This document shows, in pieces, positions 63,404 to 64,000 of a stretch of 64,000 bases of DNA (position 1 is its first letter; every line of letters begins with the position of its first letter). A model generated the notes under the pieces. It ran no database searches. It was not told where the DNA came from and worked only from the letters and a program-made list of their open reading frames with translations. This stretch comes from Paramoeba atlantica. Lineage: Eukaryota > Protista > Discosea. A program made the translations under genes and the position numbers. Where the stretch lies: the NCBI GenBank assembly GCA_977017575.1, contig CDRNVI010000002.1, positions 806,001-870,000 of the forward strand, in the 5' to 3' direction.

Positions 63404-64000
63404 AGAAGAATTGATGCATACCTCGTATCTCAGAATATGCGCAACATGTATGTTAATTTGAGCTGCTCGTATTAGATAACCTTCACACAGACATAGCATT
63501 TCTTTTCTGGTTATGCCGTGTGAAAAGTCTTTTTTACCAAGCTCCACGAAGCGACATAAGTGTTTTATATCCTGATTGATATATTTATCGTAATCCAATA
63601 ATAGTTCGGAGAAATTTTTATCAAAAAATGTTTATACGGCACAGCGTGTTATAAAACATAATTGCTTAGCATTCCTTCACCACGTTGACCCGCTTCATTT
63701 AATTTTTTTACTTGCCTTTGACCGGTATTACCATGACAACATCTTTTAAAACTTGTGAGGAACAAACCAGATGGCATGAGTATGGGAAGTGCAACCTTTT
63801 TTTCAAGAAGAATCTCGGGACGAAGATGGCTGAGAAATGTGGATAAGAAATTAGAGCCTGAGTTTCTATGGAACTACACTCAGAATCTTGTGCAAGTTTC
63901 GCGCACCGAGCTGTCGCAGCAGATGTTATAAAACGTGCGAGTGGCAGAAGGGCAGTGATTATACCCCGAGCATTGGCTTTGATCCCCAGAGCTGCCGTTT

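Noticed and set aside
63868-64000. Open frame running off the right edge (MELHSESC..)
   Set aside because: Only ~44 codons with no motif; cannot be supported as a gene.

Overview
Intron-less eukaryotic DNA in which every recognisable host gene (about 38 CDS) lies on the + strand. Together with a divergent mitochondrial uL2m, a short globular-domain-less histone H1 and a dispersed family of small LRR genes, this suggests a kinetoplastid polycistronic gene cluster, possibly Perkinsela-like (taxonomy is inference). Housekeeping genes include ZNHIT3, U1A/U2B'', RBX1, PIG-O, PTPA, REV3, RPS24, DPH5, U5-40K, NOM1, RPL7A, a CCCH protein, RAD23, mitochondrial ACP and a Kv channel. DNA-transposon material clusters at about 10.0-11.3, 13.1-15.2, 16.6-20.2, 39.9-42.2, 47.4-50.7 and 60.4-60.7 kb. 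It comprises a deleted Tc1/mariner element with ~118-bp TIRs, a large degenerate IS630-Tc1-mariner (ITm) transposase with DD53E spacing, a frameshifted Merlin transposase and five TA-flanked MITE-like elements sharing one asymmetric end design. The most unusual signals are (1) nested palindromes at 40.5-41.3 and 47.6-47.8 kb, where conserved hairpin cores carry self-complementary arms and arm changes are mirrored, and (2) an extreme C-rich to G-rich strand-skew switch inside at least four unrelated genes. No tRNA, rRNA, SL RNA or CRISPR array was recognised. All counts and alignments were done by eye.
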